In this document: piece by piece, positions 25,804 through 35,381 of the stretch | Position numbering within the stretch: the first letter of the stretch is position 1 | How the letters are laid out: each line of letters starts with the position of its first letter | Source: Candidatus Moraniibacteriota bacterium | GTDB lineage: Bacteria > Patescibacteriota > Minisyncoccia > Moranbacterales > UBA11712 | Assembly: GCA_028695025.1 (NCBI GenBank) | Contig: JAQVJV010000004.1 | Location: forward strand, 1-56,124 | Length of the DNA: 56,124 nucleotides | Reading direction: 5' to 3' | The notes under the pieces: model-generated | What the model saw: only the letters and a program-made list of their open reading frames with translations | Database searches by the model: none | What the model was told of the DNA's origin: nothing | Program-made: the position numbers and the translations under genes

Positions 25804-26739
25804 ATGAAACGAAAACTGGCCATATCCGTCCTCATACTCGCCATTTTGATATCTCTCTATTTCATCCTCTTTCCGCACAAAAGACGCTTCAACCTTCAGC
25901 CTCCTTTTTCCGTTACGCTCACGGATGGCGGAAAATTTTTTCCGGTTTTCACTTCCGCCCAAACCGTTTCCGATTTTTTGGGCGAACAGAAAATATCCAT
26001 CGCTGAAAAAGACTACATTTTCCCCGCGTTGGACGCAAAAATTTTTCCGGGAGAGAATATCTTCATCCGTCGCGCTATTCCCGTGAAAATCGCGGCAGAC
26101 GGAGGTAAAATAGAAGTGGACACCCTGGGAACAACCGTCCGGGACGCCGTCAATGAAGCAAGCATAACCCTGTCCCATGCCGACAAAATAAGTCCGGAAC
26201 TGGACAGTTTGCTCCAGCCGGATTTGGATATCGTCGTCACGAGAATAAATTTCGAAGAGATTTCGGTCGAGGAAGACATCCTCTTTGAAACCGTCGAAAA
26301 AGAAGACAGCGCTGTCATGTGGCGGAAAAGAGAGACCAAGCAGAAAGGGGAAAACGGAACCCGGGAGAAAACGTACAAAATCACCTACACCAACGGCAAA
26401 GAAACCAGCCGCACGCTTCTGGGATCAAAAATAACCAAACAGCCGACCAGCCAAATTGAAGTTGTCGGCACCAAGATCGTCGTTGGAAAAACCCAAACCG
26501 GGGACGCCACCTGGTACGTGAACGGGAGCGACATGACCTGCGCCAGCCTTGATTTTCCTTTCGGGACATATCTTCGCGTGACGAACAAATCCAACGGAAA
26601 ATCGGTGATCGTCCAAGTGAACGACTCCGGCCCGTACGGAAAAGGCCGCGTCATCGACCTCAACAAAAAAGCCTTCCAAAAAATCGCCGGCATCGGAGCG
26701 GGAGTGGTGAAAGTGAAAGTTGAGGAGATACTTAATTGA
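25804..26739 (+). CDS. Cell-wall protein: DUF348-like + G5 + RlpA/3D (double-psi beta-barrel) domain
   Basis: Signal anchor, a G5-like segment (ETKQKGENGTREKTYKITYTNGKE...VVGTK), and a C-terminal GDATWY...VIVQVNDSGPYGKGRVIDL. Confidence 0.85.
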   Translation: MKRKLAISVLILAILISLYFILFPHKRRFNLQPPFSVTLTDGGKFFPVFTSAQTVSDFLGEQKISIAEKDYIFPALDAKIFPGENIFIRRAIPVKIAADGGKIEVDTLGTTVRDAVNEASITLSHADKISPELDSLLQPDLDIVVTRINFEEISVEEDILFETVEKEDSAVMWRKRETKQKGENGTREKTYKITYTNGKETSRTLLGSKITKQPTSQIEVVGTKIVVGKTQTGDATWYVNGSDMTCASLDFPFGTYLRVTNKSNGKSVIVQVNDSGPYGKGRVIDLNKKAFQKIAGIGAGVVKVKVEEILN

Positions 26740-26747
26740 CAGCTCGC

Positions 26748-26860
26748 TGTCATCTCGAGCGTAGTCGAGAGATCTGCGTTCATAGACAATTGCACGCCAT
26801 TGCTAACACATCTAGATTTCTCCGCTCATCCCGATGAATCGGGATTCGGTCGAAATGACA
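26748..26860. repeat. About 110-bp imperfect palindromic element (MITE/REP-like)
   Basis: Left arm tgtcatctcgagcgtagtcgagagatct. Right arm agatttctccgctcatcccgatgaatcgggattcggtcgaaatgaca. The ends tgtcatctcgagc / ggtcgaaatgaca are inverted (11/13). Inner hairpin atcccga-tgaa-tcgggat. Confidence 0.7.
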
Positions 26861-26867
26861 AAAAAAT

Positions 26868-27710
26868 ATGCCTACTAAACTCGGCCAAAATTTTCTTACC
26901 GACGAATCAGTGGCAAAAAAAATCGTCGAATCCGCCAAATTGTCAAAAAAAGATAACGTTCTTGAAGTTGGTCCCGGAAAGGGTATTTTGACGAAATATC
27001 TGGCCGAAAAAGCGGGAAGGATCTTAGCGGTGGAAATAGATGAAAAATTGGCAGAAAAGTTACTCGCCCGATTTTGTCATTCCTGCGCAAACAGGAATCC
27101 GGAAAAATTCAAGTTATCTCAAAATCCCTGGATCCCGGGCTTGGCCCGGGATGGCAAGATAAAAATAATCACTGGCGATATTTTGAAAATAAACTTGCCG
27201 GAAACGATTGAAAGCAACAATTTCGGATCATACAAAGTCGTCGCCAACCTGCCTTATTACATCACTTCGAAAATCATCCGCCTGTTTCTCGAAACAAAAT
27301 ATCCGCCGCGCGAAATGATTTTTATGATCCAAAAAGAGGTCGCCGAAAGAATCGTAGCTCTCGACAAAAAAGAAAGTATTTTGTCGATCTCAGTAAAGTT
27401 TTACGCCGATCCGGAAATTGTTTTTTACGTTCCCAAGGAAAAATTCAAACCGATTCCAGAAGTCGATTCCGCTGTAATCAAACTGAAAAGAAAAAATAAA
27501 ATCCCAAATATTGACACGAAGATTTTTTTTCACTTGGTCCGAACCGGATTCAGCTCAAAACGAAAAAAACTCATTAATAATCTTTCCTCTGGGCTTCATT
27601 TACCAAAGGAAGAAATTTCGGGAATATTAAAAAAATCCGGAATTGATCCGGAAGTACGGGCAGAGAAGTTAAGTATTGAAAATTGGATTAAATTGGCTGA
27701 TTTTTTTTGA
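26868..27710 (+). CDS. rsmA: 16S rRNA (adenine1518/1519-N6)-dimethyltransferase RsmA/KsgA
   Basis: LGQNFL, SAM site VLEVGPGKGILT, AVEID, NLPYYITS. Carries an extra segment of about 20 aa between EID and GD. Confidence 0.92.
   Translation: MPTKLGQNFLTDESVAKKIVESAKLSKKDNVLEVGPGKGILTKYLAEKAGRILAVEIDEKLAEKLLARFCHSCANRNPEKFKLSQNPWIPGLARDGKIKIITGDILKINLPETIESNNFGSYKVVANLPYYITSKIIRLFLETKYPPREMIFMIQKEVAERIVALDKKESILSISVKFYADPEIVFYVPKEKFKPIPEVDSAVIKLKRKNKIPNIDTKIFFHLVRTGFSSKRKKLINNLSSGLHLPKEEISGILKKSGIDPEVRAEKLSIENWIKLADFF
27075..27153 (+). repeat. Palindromic repeat words embedded in frame in rsmA
   Basis: tgtcattcctgcgcaaacaggaatccgg (7-bp stem attcctg/caggaat) and ggatcccgggcttggcccgggatgg (8-bp stem). 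They begin with the same tgtcat word as the element at 26748. Confidence 0.7.
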
Positions 27711-27712
27711 AA

Positions 27713-29335
27713 TTATTTTATTGCTGGCCAAAATAAAAACCAAAAAATAAAGAAAACATAGATACATAAAAATCCAAATACCCAAATATGCACCCGGCGG
27801 GTGCTTATTTTTTTCACCTGCATTATCCAAAAAGAAAGGGCGCCAAAAAGCATCGCCGGCAGGAACAAAATTTTGGCGTTGAGCCAAATGACGCTCAAGG
27901 CGTACGACACGAAAATCCCCAGCCCGATGGCAAAGCGCGCCCAACTTTCACCCAAAAGGACGGGGATAGTATAAACCTGGTTGGCGCGATCACCCTTGAT
28001 ATCTTTCAAGTCTTTGATGGGAAGAGAAATCGTGAAAGCGATGACCAAAAGCCAAAAAACCTGATGGGGGAGATGATTGATATTTTGCCCGTCGGCAAGA
28101 AGCATAAAGCCCGATGAAAAAAGAAGCGTGAGGGCGAGCGCCGAGAAAAAACTGGCGGCGAGCGGAAAACGTTTGAGGCGATACGGCCACGCGGAATAAG
28201 CCCAGCCGATGGCTTGATAGGCGAGCGCTATCAGAAAAAACTTCGGCCCGACCGTGAGCGAGAGGATCAATGAAAAAATAAAAAATACCCAAAATAACTG
28301 GGAATATTGGGCATACTCAAGCCTTCCCGTAACAAGAGGCCGGCTTTGATTCGTCACCTTGTCAATTTCAAAATCCACCTGGTCATTGAGAAAAACGGAG
28401 GCCAGCCAGGCGCAAACCGCCGCCAAAACCAGGTTGGCCAAAGCCAAAAGAGAAAATATATTAATATTCAGGTTGGCCGGGAAATAAAAAGCTCCCAAAC
28501 CCGCTCCGGCCATCACCAGGCCTCCATGGATCAGGATTTGGATCCAGCGAATGTTTTTTGTAATATCCCAAAATTTTTCTTTATATTCAAGCCAAAAAAA
28601 CAGGGCTACAAGCCAAAAAAACAAGAAAGCGTAGGCTAAGTTCATCTTGATATTGAGGACGTTGACATAGTCCGTCTCTGAAACCGAGAATAATTGTACG
28701 GGTGTGAGAAAAAGTCCGGCTATATCAGTATTTGCAACTGAAAAAAGGCTTTTTTTCGGCAAAAAATAGAGGTACGCAAGCCAAGATGGAAAAGAGCCGA
28801 GGATGAAAAGAATGACATAAGCGAAAAACGAGGTTAGAATCGCTTTCACTGCTTTTTTTTGCTTTATATAAGCATAAATTCCAACAAAAATGACGGCAAG
28901 GGCCACCTCCACCCGCACTCCGTAGGTAATTCCAATTTGGGCGTTGTTTCCAAAAAAGGTCAGGAAGCGCCAAAAAAGACCATGGAAGCTGTCGAAATTA
29001 TAAAAACTCCAGCAAAAGTTCTGCCCGCACCAGATTTTGTCGACAACCGGCGGGAAAACCGCCAGCCAAAATCCCCAAAGAAGAATATTGGCAATTTTTC
29101 GGACGCTTTCTTCCAGCCAAAAGGCAAGGAAAATAAGAACAATGAGATACGAAAAAGCAAAAAAAAGCCAGGCGGCAAGGGCTGATCCGATGAAATAGGA
29201 AAGGCTTTTGTCTTGAAATCCGGACAAGAGATGTTCGCCCAGCATCCGGACAGCTATGAGTGCAGAAAAAGCCGTGAGCCAACCAGTGAAGGTAAGGGGA
29301 TAAGATTCTATTTTTTGAATTATTTTTTTTATCAT
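27713..29335 (-). CDS. UbiA-family prenyltransferase fused to a polytopic N-terminal domain of about 300 aa
   Basis: C-terminal half has NDQVDFEIDKVTNQSRPL and KDLKDIKGDRA motifs. The ATG at 29335 is preferred because 29350..29376 forms a 10-bp hairpin inside the longer ORF. Confidence 0.8.
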   Translation of the reverse strand: MIKKIIQKIESYPLTFTGWLTAFSALIAVRMLGEHLLSGFQDKSLSYFIGSALAAWLFFAFSYLIVLIFLAFWLEESVRKIANILLWGFWLAVFPPVVDKIWCGQNFCWSFYNFDSFHGLFWRFLTFFGNNAQIGITYGVRVEVALAVIFVGIYAYIKQKKAVKAILTSFFAYVILFILGSFPSWLAYLYFLPKKSLFSVANTDIAGLFLTPVQLFSVSETDYVNVLNIKMNLAYAFLFFWLVALFFWLEYKEKFWDITKNIRWIQILIHGGLVMAGAGLGAFYFPANLNINIFSLLALANLVLAAVCAWLASVFLNDQVDFEIDKVTNQSRPLVTGRLEYAQYSQLFWVFFIFSLILSLTVGPKFFLIALAYQAIGWAYSAWPYRLKRFPLAASFFSALALTLLFSSGFMLLADGQNINHLPHQVFWLLVIAFTISLPIKDLKDIKGDRANQVYTIPVLLGESWARFAIGLGIFVSYALSVIWLNAKILFLPAMLFGALSFWIMQVKKISTRRVHIWVFGFLCIYVFFIFWFLFWPAIK

Positions 29336-29488
29336 TGAAAAACAGAAGTCCCAACCTTCGGCCTCTGAAGGTTGGGCCTTCCAAGCCATAATCTTGCATC
29401 TAGATTATCAATTCTAAATTCCATCTCCAACCTACCACACAATCCCTCGACTTATCAACATTTTTTCTTTGTTGGCGAATCCGATTTG

Positions 29489-29497
29489 TGGTATAAT
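29489..29497 (+). promoter_or_regulatory. Extended -10 promoter (TGgTATAAT), leaderless geometry
   Basis: tgtggtataat. The ATG at 29505 lies 7 nt after the -10. Confidence 0.5.
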
Positions 29498-29504
29498 CAA
29501 GCCG

Positions 29505-30578
29505 ATGCGACAAGCAAAAAACAAACTCAAAATCATAGCATTTCTGGCTGTGAGTTTCGTTGTATTCGCGACGACGTTTTTTGCTATGGCGGAGAACAAA
29601 AATGGTAATTCTCTTTTTCTCGACACCGACCAAGACGGCCTCACTGATCAGGAAGAGCGCATGCTCGGCACCGATCCGCGCAACCCCGACACGGACGGCG
29701 ACGGATACTCCGACGGGAAAGAAGTGGAAAGCGGATACGACCCCCTGAAACCCGCTCCGGGAGACAAAGTGGTGGCCGAAACAGCTTCCAACGCCACAGC
29801 CAAAACAGCTGAAAAAACGGATCCGCTTAATCAAACGGCTTCGGCATCATCAGGCTCATTGAGCGACGAATCTCTTTCCGGTTATTCTTTCGGGACAGAC
29901 AGCTCCAACCTCACCGACCAAATGATCGGCCAGCTGATGCAAGTTACCACCGACAAAGTATCCGCCGACAGCAACTTCGTTAATAATCCTGACTATTCCG
30001 CCGAAGATTATTCCCAAATCGTCCAAAACGCCCTCCAAGGCGCCGAGGTTTCCACAGATCTTCCGGAAATATCCGACGATGATATGAAAATCCTTCCCGA
30101 AGTGGATGGGGAAAATATGACCGACGACGAAGTGAAGGCTGAAGAAAAAACGCAGATTGAAAAATATCTCTCCCAAGTCGCTTTCGTTTTCGCTTCCAAC
30201 TCTCCTTTCCCGGTAAAAGATGTGAGCAACCTGCAAACCAGCCTCGATTCGGAAAGCACCAATTTGATTTCCGCGCTTTCCAGCGGGGACTCGAGCGCGA
30301 TCGAAAGCTACGCCGAAAAAGCCCAGGCGGGAATCGACCAGCTCAAAGAAATTGAAACGCCATACCTCCTCAAGGACATCCACAAGTCAATGCTCCAACT
30401 TTCGATATATACCCTCGGCCTCAAGGACAGCGTCGTTCCCGATGCCACCGACCCGATGAAAAGCCTGGTCGGCCTTTCCACCCTCCAATCCGTCGCCGAA
30501 AAAGCGAGTGAAACCCAGGCTGAACTCACAGATATTCTCGATGAATACGGAATAGACTATATAAATTTCACGGAATAG
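29505..30578 (+). CDS. Secreted protein with thrombospondin-type-3-like Ca-binding repeats
   Basis: Signal peptide KLKIIAFLAVSFVVFATTFFAMA. Contains DTDQDGLTDQEE...DPRNPDTDGDGYSDGKEV and an acidic/helical C-terminal half. Confidence 0.75.
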   Translation: MRQAKNKLKIIAFLAVSFVVFATTFFAMAENKNGNSLFLDTDQDGLTDQEERMLGTDPRNPDTDGDGYSDGKEVESGYDPLKPAPGDKVVAETASNATAKTAEKTDPLNQTASASSGSLSDESLSGYSFGTDSSNLTDQMIGQLMQVTTDKVSADSNFVNNPDYSAEDYSQIVQNALQGAEVSTDLPEISDDDMKILPEVDGENMTDDEVKAEEKTQIEKYLSQVAFVFASNSPFPVKDVSNLQTSLDSESTNLISALSSGDSSAIESYAEKAQAGIDQLKEIETPYLLKDIHKSMLQLSIYTLGLKDSVVPDATDPMKSLVGLSTLQSVAEKASETQAELTDILDEYGIDYINFTE

Positions 30579-30629
30579 AAATCCTGATTTTCGATAAATT
30601 TTTCGATTTTAGATTTCAGTTTTTAGATA

Positions 30630-31523
30630 ATGTTATCCAGCAAATACAAAAAACTGATCGCGCTTGTCCTGATTGTATCCGTATTTTTTGTCGCGCGGCC
30701 GAAGCCCGCCCAAGCCGGAGAATGGGGCGGGGCGATGATGGCCGCCATTTGGAAACAGTCGGTGGAAACAATGGTGAAGTCCATCCAGGATACGCTTCTT
30801 GCCAACGTCAAAATGGCCGCCATGCGCGTCATCCAGAACCGGATGTTGAGCCTTCTCAAAACAAGTTCCGGATCATCCTCCCAGGGCCTTGCCGGCATGC
30901 TTATTGCCAACTGGCAAAGCTTTGTTTACAGCACCGCCCAAAACTACGCCACCACCGTCACCAGCGACTTCTTCACCAATTTGAACACATCCGCCAACAA
31001 CTACACCAAGCAATATATCCTCACCCCCGCAAGCAACGCTCTCACCGAAAATGTTTTCGAGCAAGTGCCGGATATCCAGGAATACATCGACGACCCGACC
31101 TACATCTTCAAATCGAACAGCCCTGTGGATTGGAAAATCTGGATCAAAGCCGCCGAACCGCAAAATGATCTCGCGACGACATACCTCAAAGCCGAAGCTC
31201 TGAAACAAGCCGCCTACCAGCAAAAAATCCAGACTCAGATGGCGGAGGGCCTTGCCGGAAGCGGATACGCGAGCAAGAAAAAAACATCTTCGGACTCAAA
31301 AACAAGCAAATACGGATCCAGCCGCTCCAGTTCCGGGAAAGACGAAGAAATTTCACTCCCCGGCGCGATGCTCAACAATTTTCTCAACGAAACACAGAGC
31401 ATGGGCATCAAGCTCGTCACCTATGCGAAATCCATTCCGGAAGTGGTGGCGAACATGGTCACCACCTCGATCACCCAGATGGTGAATCAGGGGATCACCG
31501 ATACATTTTCAAAGATAAAATAA
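30630..31523 (+). CDS. Secreted hypothetical protein (helical; possible minor pilus/T4SS component)
   Basis: Signal peptide ending AQAGEW. 297 aa, no recognisable motif. Confidence 0.65.
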   Translation: MLSSKYKKLIALVLIVSVFFVARPKPAQAGEWGGAMMAAIWKQSVETMVKSIQDTLLANVKMAAMRVIQNRMLSLLKTSSGSSSQGLAGMLIANWQSFVYSTAQNYATTVTSDFFTNLNTSANNYTKQYILTPASNALTENVFEQVPDIQEYIDDPTYIFKSNSPVDWKIWIKAAEPQNDLATTYLKAEALKQAAYQQKIQTQMAEGLAGSGYASKKKTSSDSKTSKYGSSRSSSGKDEEISLPGAMLNNFLNETQSMGIKLVTYAKSIPEVVANMVTTSITQMVNQGITDTFSKIK

Positions 31524-31528
31524 AAAAC

Positions 31529-31548
31529 GAACCCCCTTGCGGGGGTTC
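31529..31548 (+). other. GC-rich stem-loop (possible terminator or processing site)
   Basis: gaaccccc-ttgc-gggggttc. An A-run precedes it and no clear T-run follows. Confidence 0.4.
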
Positions 31549-31623
31549 TCGGAGGCCGAAGCCCATTTTCGATATAATACTATAACTTGAAGTTTTTTGC
31601 CAATAGCCGATTAAAAATATGGT

Positions 31624-31809
31624 ATGCAAGTTTATAAAACAAAAGCAAAAAAGTTTTCCGGAACAGATTTTCATGAAGTGCACCGCTTCTATGGCACTTC
31701 CGCGGAAAATGAACTGTTTTGTGTCCAAATCAAAGAAAATATGAAGAACAAACAAAAATATCTGATCTCTGTTTTCCCAACCGAAGGCCCGAATATATGG
31801 GACGCATAA
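31624..31809 (+). CDS. 61-aa hypothetical protein
   Basis: MQVYKTKAKKFSGTDFHEVHRFYGTSAENELFCVQIKENMKNKQKYLISVFPTEGPNIWDA. Flanked by a duplicated segment of about 60 bp. Confidence 0.3.
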   Translation: MQVYKTKAKKFSGTDFHEVHRFYGTSAENELFCVQIKENMKNKQKYLISVFPTEGPNIWDA

Positions 31810-31962
31810 AAACCAAAAAAGGACCTTCCGCTAAGTGTGGTGTATAAACCACGGCCGAAGGACCTTTCTATGAATAATACTACCAAAATCCAGACTTTCT
31901 GTCAATAGCCGAAAAGGGCAAACTTTAGCTAAATTTTTCAAAAAATTTTCAATACCTAAAAA

Positions 31963-34146
31963 ATGCTTGGGATAAATAAAAACAAAAAAACAGGATATGA
32001 CACGGGAGCAAGGAACATGTCCGGGAAACCCAGGAGTTTTTTTGCAATCCGGTGGCGTTGGAAGAAAATGATGGTTTTCATTTTTTTTCTTTTTTCTATT
32101 TTCTTTTTTTCTGCAAAAAATTCTTTTGCCCTTACCTATGCAGACACCCAAAGAAGCACCCTTAAGAGTTATGCAGGATACAGCGATAGTCAAATAGATA
32201 AGCTACAGGCATCAGGCACATCATATATCTCTATAATAACCGCCATAGAAGAACTAGTAAGTAATAAATGGGGAATAACAGATGCTGCAAATTATGTATA
32301 CAATAATCAAACAACAACAAGCGATGCAGCAGGAGCATATTCAGAAAATGAAAATGTCAGCATCTCATCCGCTCTTAGGGGTCTTGCTGAGGGAGGTCTT
32401 GCTGTCATATTTCAAGCAGTTGTAGGAGTTTTATCGATACTAGTTTTTTTCCTGAAATGGCTGATAATTTATGCCGCTCGGACGCTTGATTTAGCCCTTA
32501 GCCCAAATTTATACAATTTTTCCAACAGTGAAATGGTGGTTCAGGGATGGACAGTTGTGCGCGATGTTTGTAATTTATTCTTCTTATTGATTCTTCTCTT
32601 TATTGCCATTTGCACCATTCTTAAGATTGAAAAATATCATGCCAAGAAAACTTTGCTTTGGGTGGTTTTGATGGCGCTTCTTATCAATTTTTCGAAGCCC
32701 ATCGCCGTATTCATTTTTGATGGATCACAGCTTCTTATGAACATATTCCTTTCTCAAATGGGAACCTATGGAACCGGGGAGGAGTCTACTTCGACCATTA
32801 TAGCAAAGTCAGCAAAGATAGCGGAAATAATATACAAATCCTTACCAAATGGTTTTACTATATCGGAAACAAATACAAGGGCCGCATATATATCCATTCA
32901 GTATCTTTTTGCCGTAATCTTTCTCTTCATGCTGGGAGTAGCTTATTTAGTAATGGCAATTTTTTTAATTATTCGAATTGTTGCTATTATGATACTGATT
33001 ATTGTCTCTCCTTTGGCTTTCTTCGCGATAATCATTCCTGATTTTTCCAAGATGTCTTCAAAATGGTGGTCAGCCCTTTTTGAATATTCTTATTACGGCC
33101 CAGCTGCCGCTTTTTTTCTTTTACTTACAACAAAGTTATCAAGTGCCCTCCCTGAAGTTTCTCCTGTAAAAGACGGCACGAATATAGAAGACACAATTAC
33201 TAATATTGTTCACTACCTCACGACTATCATTTTTCTATACGCTTCAATCTTCATGGCCAAGCAATTCGGAGGAGGAGCAGGAGCAACAATTGTCGGAAAC
33301 GCGAACAAGTTCATGAAATGGGGAGCAGGAATGACCAAAGGCGGAGGCATGTGGGGAGCCGCGGTGAGACTCCCTGAAAAAGTTCCTATCGCGGGGAATT
33401 ATTATAAAGGTATGAAGAGCGGCATCGCACAAAGACGCGGCTGGAGAATTTTGAATAAAGAAGGCCGCGCAGAGATGGCAAAAGATGCTCAGGAGACGGG
33501 AAAATCAATAACTGCACCGTTTAATATTGCCAATGTTAAGAAAAAGGCTAAGGAAAGAGAAAACGACTCCGAAGCATCTATTGTTAGTGATGCCCTCAAG
33601 GGAGATTCGGCTGCTATTATGGTTGCATCACAAATGGGATACACAAAAGACGCAAATGGAAACGACATCTGGACAAGTCCGAAACTTGTCAAAGCCCTTG
33701 CAAATGACGATGTTCGAAAATCAGTGTACGGAAACCTTCGCAAGAAAGGAAAAGCCAGCAGTGTCATTGATGCAGAAACTGTGCGCCAGGGAGCCACTGG
33801 CAACACTGAAGCAATAACAAAATTATATAACGATGAGCTCGGTGGATTGTCACCAAGCGACTTTGGTAAGCAGGATCTAGGAAATCTTTCGAGGAATGCG
33901 ACTGGACGACAATGGATACTTAGCAAACTAAAAAATTATGAAAACACGGATCAACGTTTGATTACAAACATACTATCAGGCGGCCATGCAAAAAATATTG
34001 AATTCATTAGAAATCTTCGCAATAATGGAGATTTGAACAATAGCCAACAAGGCTCAGCCGGACAAACTGGTTCAATTCATACCGCTACAGACTATCGCTC
34101 GCGCGGAAGGACTGTTTATGATTCGAATGGACGGCCAGTTACTTAA
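31963..34146 (+). CDS. VirB6/TrbL-like polytopic membrane protein with a soluble C-terminal domain of about 250 aa
   Basis: Signal-like N-terminus, at least 6 TM helices (e.g. CNLFFLLILLFIAICTIL, IVAIMILIIVSPLAFFAIII), and a Gly-rich segment. Sits upstream of prgI/virB4-like genes. Confidence 0.55.
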   Translation: MLGINKNKKTGYDTGARNMSGKPRSFFAIRWRWKKMMVFIFFLFSIFFFSAKNSFALTYADTQRSTLKSYAGYSDSQIDKLQASGTSYISIITAIEELVSNKWGITDAANYVYNNQTTTSDAAGAYSENENVSISSALRGLAEGGLAVIFQAVVGVLSILVFFLKWLIIYAARTLDLALSPNLYNFSNSEMVVQGWTVVRDVCNLFFLLILLFIAICTILKIEKYHAKKTLLWVVLMALLINFSKPIAVFIFDGSQLLMNIFLSQMGTYGTGEESTSTIIAKSAKIAEIIYKSLPNGFTISETNTRAAYISIQYLFAVIFLFMLGVAYLVMAIFLIIRIVAIMILIIVSPLAFFAIIIPDFSKMSSKWWSALFEYSYYGPAAAFFLLLTTKLSSALPEVSPVKDGTNIEDTITNIVHYLTTIIFLYASIFMAKQFGGGAGATIVGNANKFMKWGAGMTKGGGMWGAAVRLPEKVPIAGNYYKGMKSGIAQRRGWRILNKEGRAEMAKDAQETGKSITAPFNIANVKKKAKERENDSEASIVSDALKGDSAAIMVASQMGYTKDANGNDIWTSPKLVKALANDDVRKSVYGNLRKKGKASSVIDAETVRQGATGNTEAITKLYNDELGGLSPSDFGKQDLGNLSRNATGRQWILSKLKNYENTDQRLITNILSGGHAKNIEFIRNLRNNGDLNNSQQGSAGQTGSIHTATDYRSRGRTVYDSNGRPVT

Positions 34147-34169
34147 ATAAAATCATAACAAGCCAAAAA

Positions 34170-35357
34170 ATGCCTAGTTTTCAAACTATTGATTCCGAAC
34201 AACAAATTTTTGTTTCAACAACGCCTTTTTTTGTTCCTGTTAATCAGGATTTAAGCCAGGAATCACTGGAGCAAAATAGGGAAATAAGTTTAAAATTCTC
34301 CAAGTTGGAAAAAAACATCAGATATAGACTGGCATCAACCGAAACTTCCCAAAAAATCCAAGCAATCGGCCGGAAATACGGCTTTGAGCTTGAGCGGCTG
34401 GCCAACATCACGCGGCTTATCCGCGAATACTATTTCGGAGAAGTGCGGTTCGAAGATTTTCCGAAAGAAATCGAAAGCCGGATGGGAGTGAGCCTGCTCA
34501 CCGCGCAGGAAATCACAAGATACATCCAACATGAAATCATCGACTGGGATCCGTGGGGGGAATATCTGGCAAGCCTCCCCAAACTCACCGCGCGCGAAAT
34601 CGTCGAACGCCGCCCGAAACTGGCTGGCCTTGAAATCACCGGCGGATATATCGAATCGCAAAATTCAGATGAGTTGGAAGACCCGACCATCAAAAATTGG
34701 ATCCACGATTATGTCTCCCGGCTCGGCTATGCCCGGCACACCCAGATGCAGCGCACGGAATATCTTTTCCGAAGCGCCAACGGCGTGAACCTGGATTCGC
34801 CGGATCGGGAAAAATTGAGTATAATAATAAGGTCCTTTGATGAAAATATCCCTCTTCCGGTGGATGAGGAAAACGGGGAAATCATCTTTGACAGTGAACA
34901 GCGAGCGGGAAACAAAGATCAACGATCAAAGATCAACGATCAATCGGTTGCGCAGGTTCCTTTTCGGGAAGAGCGAGGCGTTTCTCAAATACCTGCCAAA
35001 CCTGTTTTCAAGCCTCAACCTCAACCAGCTAAACCTGCATTCATTCCAAAACCCCAACCCGCTCCTCAAAAAGAAACTGCTTTCGTGAGGTCATACAGTC
35101 CGCCGGCACCGCCGCCAACCCCTCAAGTTCCAAGTCCCGCTCCGGCCAATTTTGTCACCGACCTCCATCCTGATTTTTCCGCAAAGAGCGACGAACCGCC
35201 CGTGCGGATCAAGAGCATCACGAGCCGCAACGGATTTCGCCCATCCCAACCCGACAACCGCAACCGCCCGAAACATATCATTTATGACCCGATAAGCGAC
35301 GACGGCTTGCCTGAACCGAAACTGGAAGGAAACGTGGTGGACCTTCGGGGAGAATGA
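34170..35357 (+). CDS. Hypothetical protein with a Pro-rich C-terminal half
   Basis: 395-aa ORF. C-terminus has PAKPVFKPQPQPAKPAFIPKPQPAPQ...NVVDLRGE. Contains GATC heptamer repeats in frame. Confidence 0.65.
   Translation: MPSFQTIDSEQQIFVSTTPFFVPVNQDLSQESLEQNREISLKFSKLEKNIRYRLASTETSQKIQAIGRKYGFELERLANITRLIREYYFGEVRFEDFPKEIESRMGVSLLTAQEITRYIQHEIIDWDPWGEYLASLPKLTAREIVERRPKLAGLEITGGYIESQNSDELEDPTIKNWIHDYVSRLGYARHTQMQRTEYLFRSANGVNLDSPDREKLSIIIRSFDENIPLPVDEENGEIIFDSEQRAGNKDQRSKINDQSVAQVPFREERGVSQIPAKPVFKPQPQPAKPAFIPKPQPAPQKETAFVRSYSPPAPPPTPQVPSPAPANFVTDLHPDFSAKSDEPPVRIKSITSRNGFRPSQPDNRNRPKHIIYDPISDDGLPEPKLEGNVVDLRGE
34927..34954 (+). repeat. Heptanucleotide tandem repeat (GATCAAM) x4 giving four GATC sites at an exact 7-bp period
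   Basis: gatcaac gatcaaa gatcaac gatcaat, preceded by cagtgaacagcg (34902..34913). That word is the reverse complement of the cgctgttcactg word at 35759..35770. Confidence 0.9.
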
Positions 35358-35381
35358 CCAACGAACAAAGAGCAAAGATCA

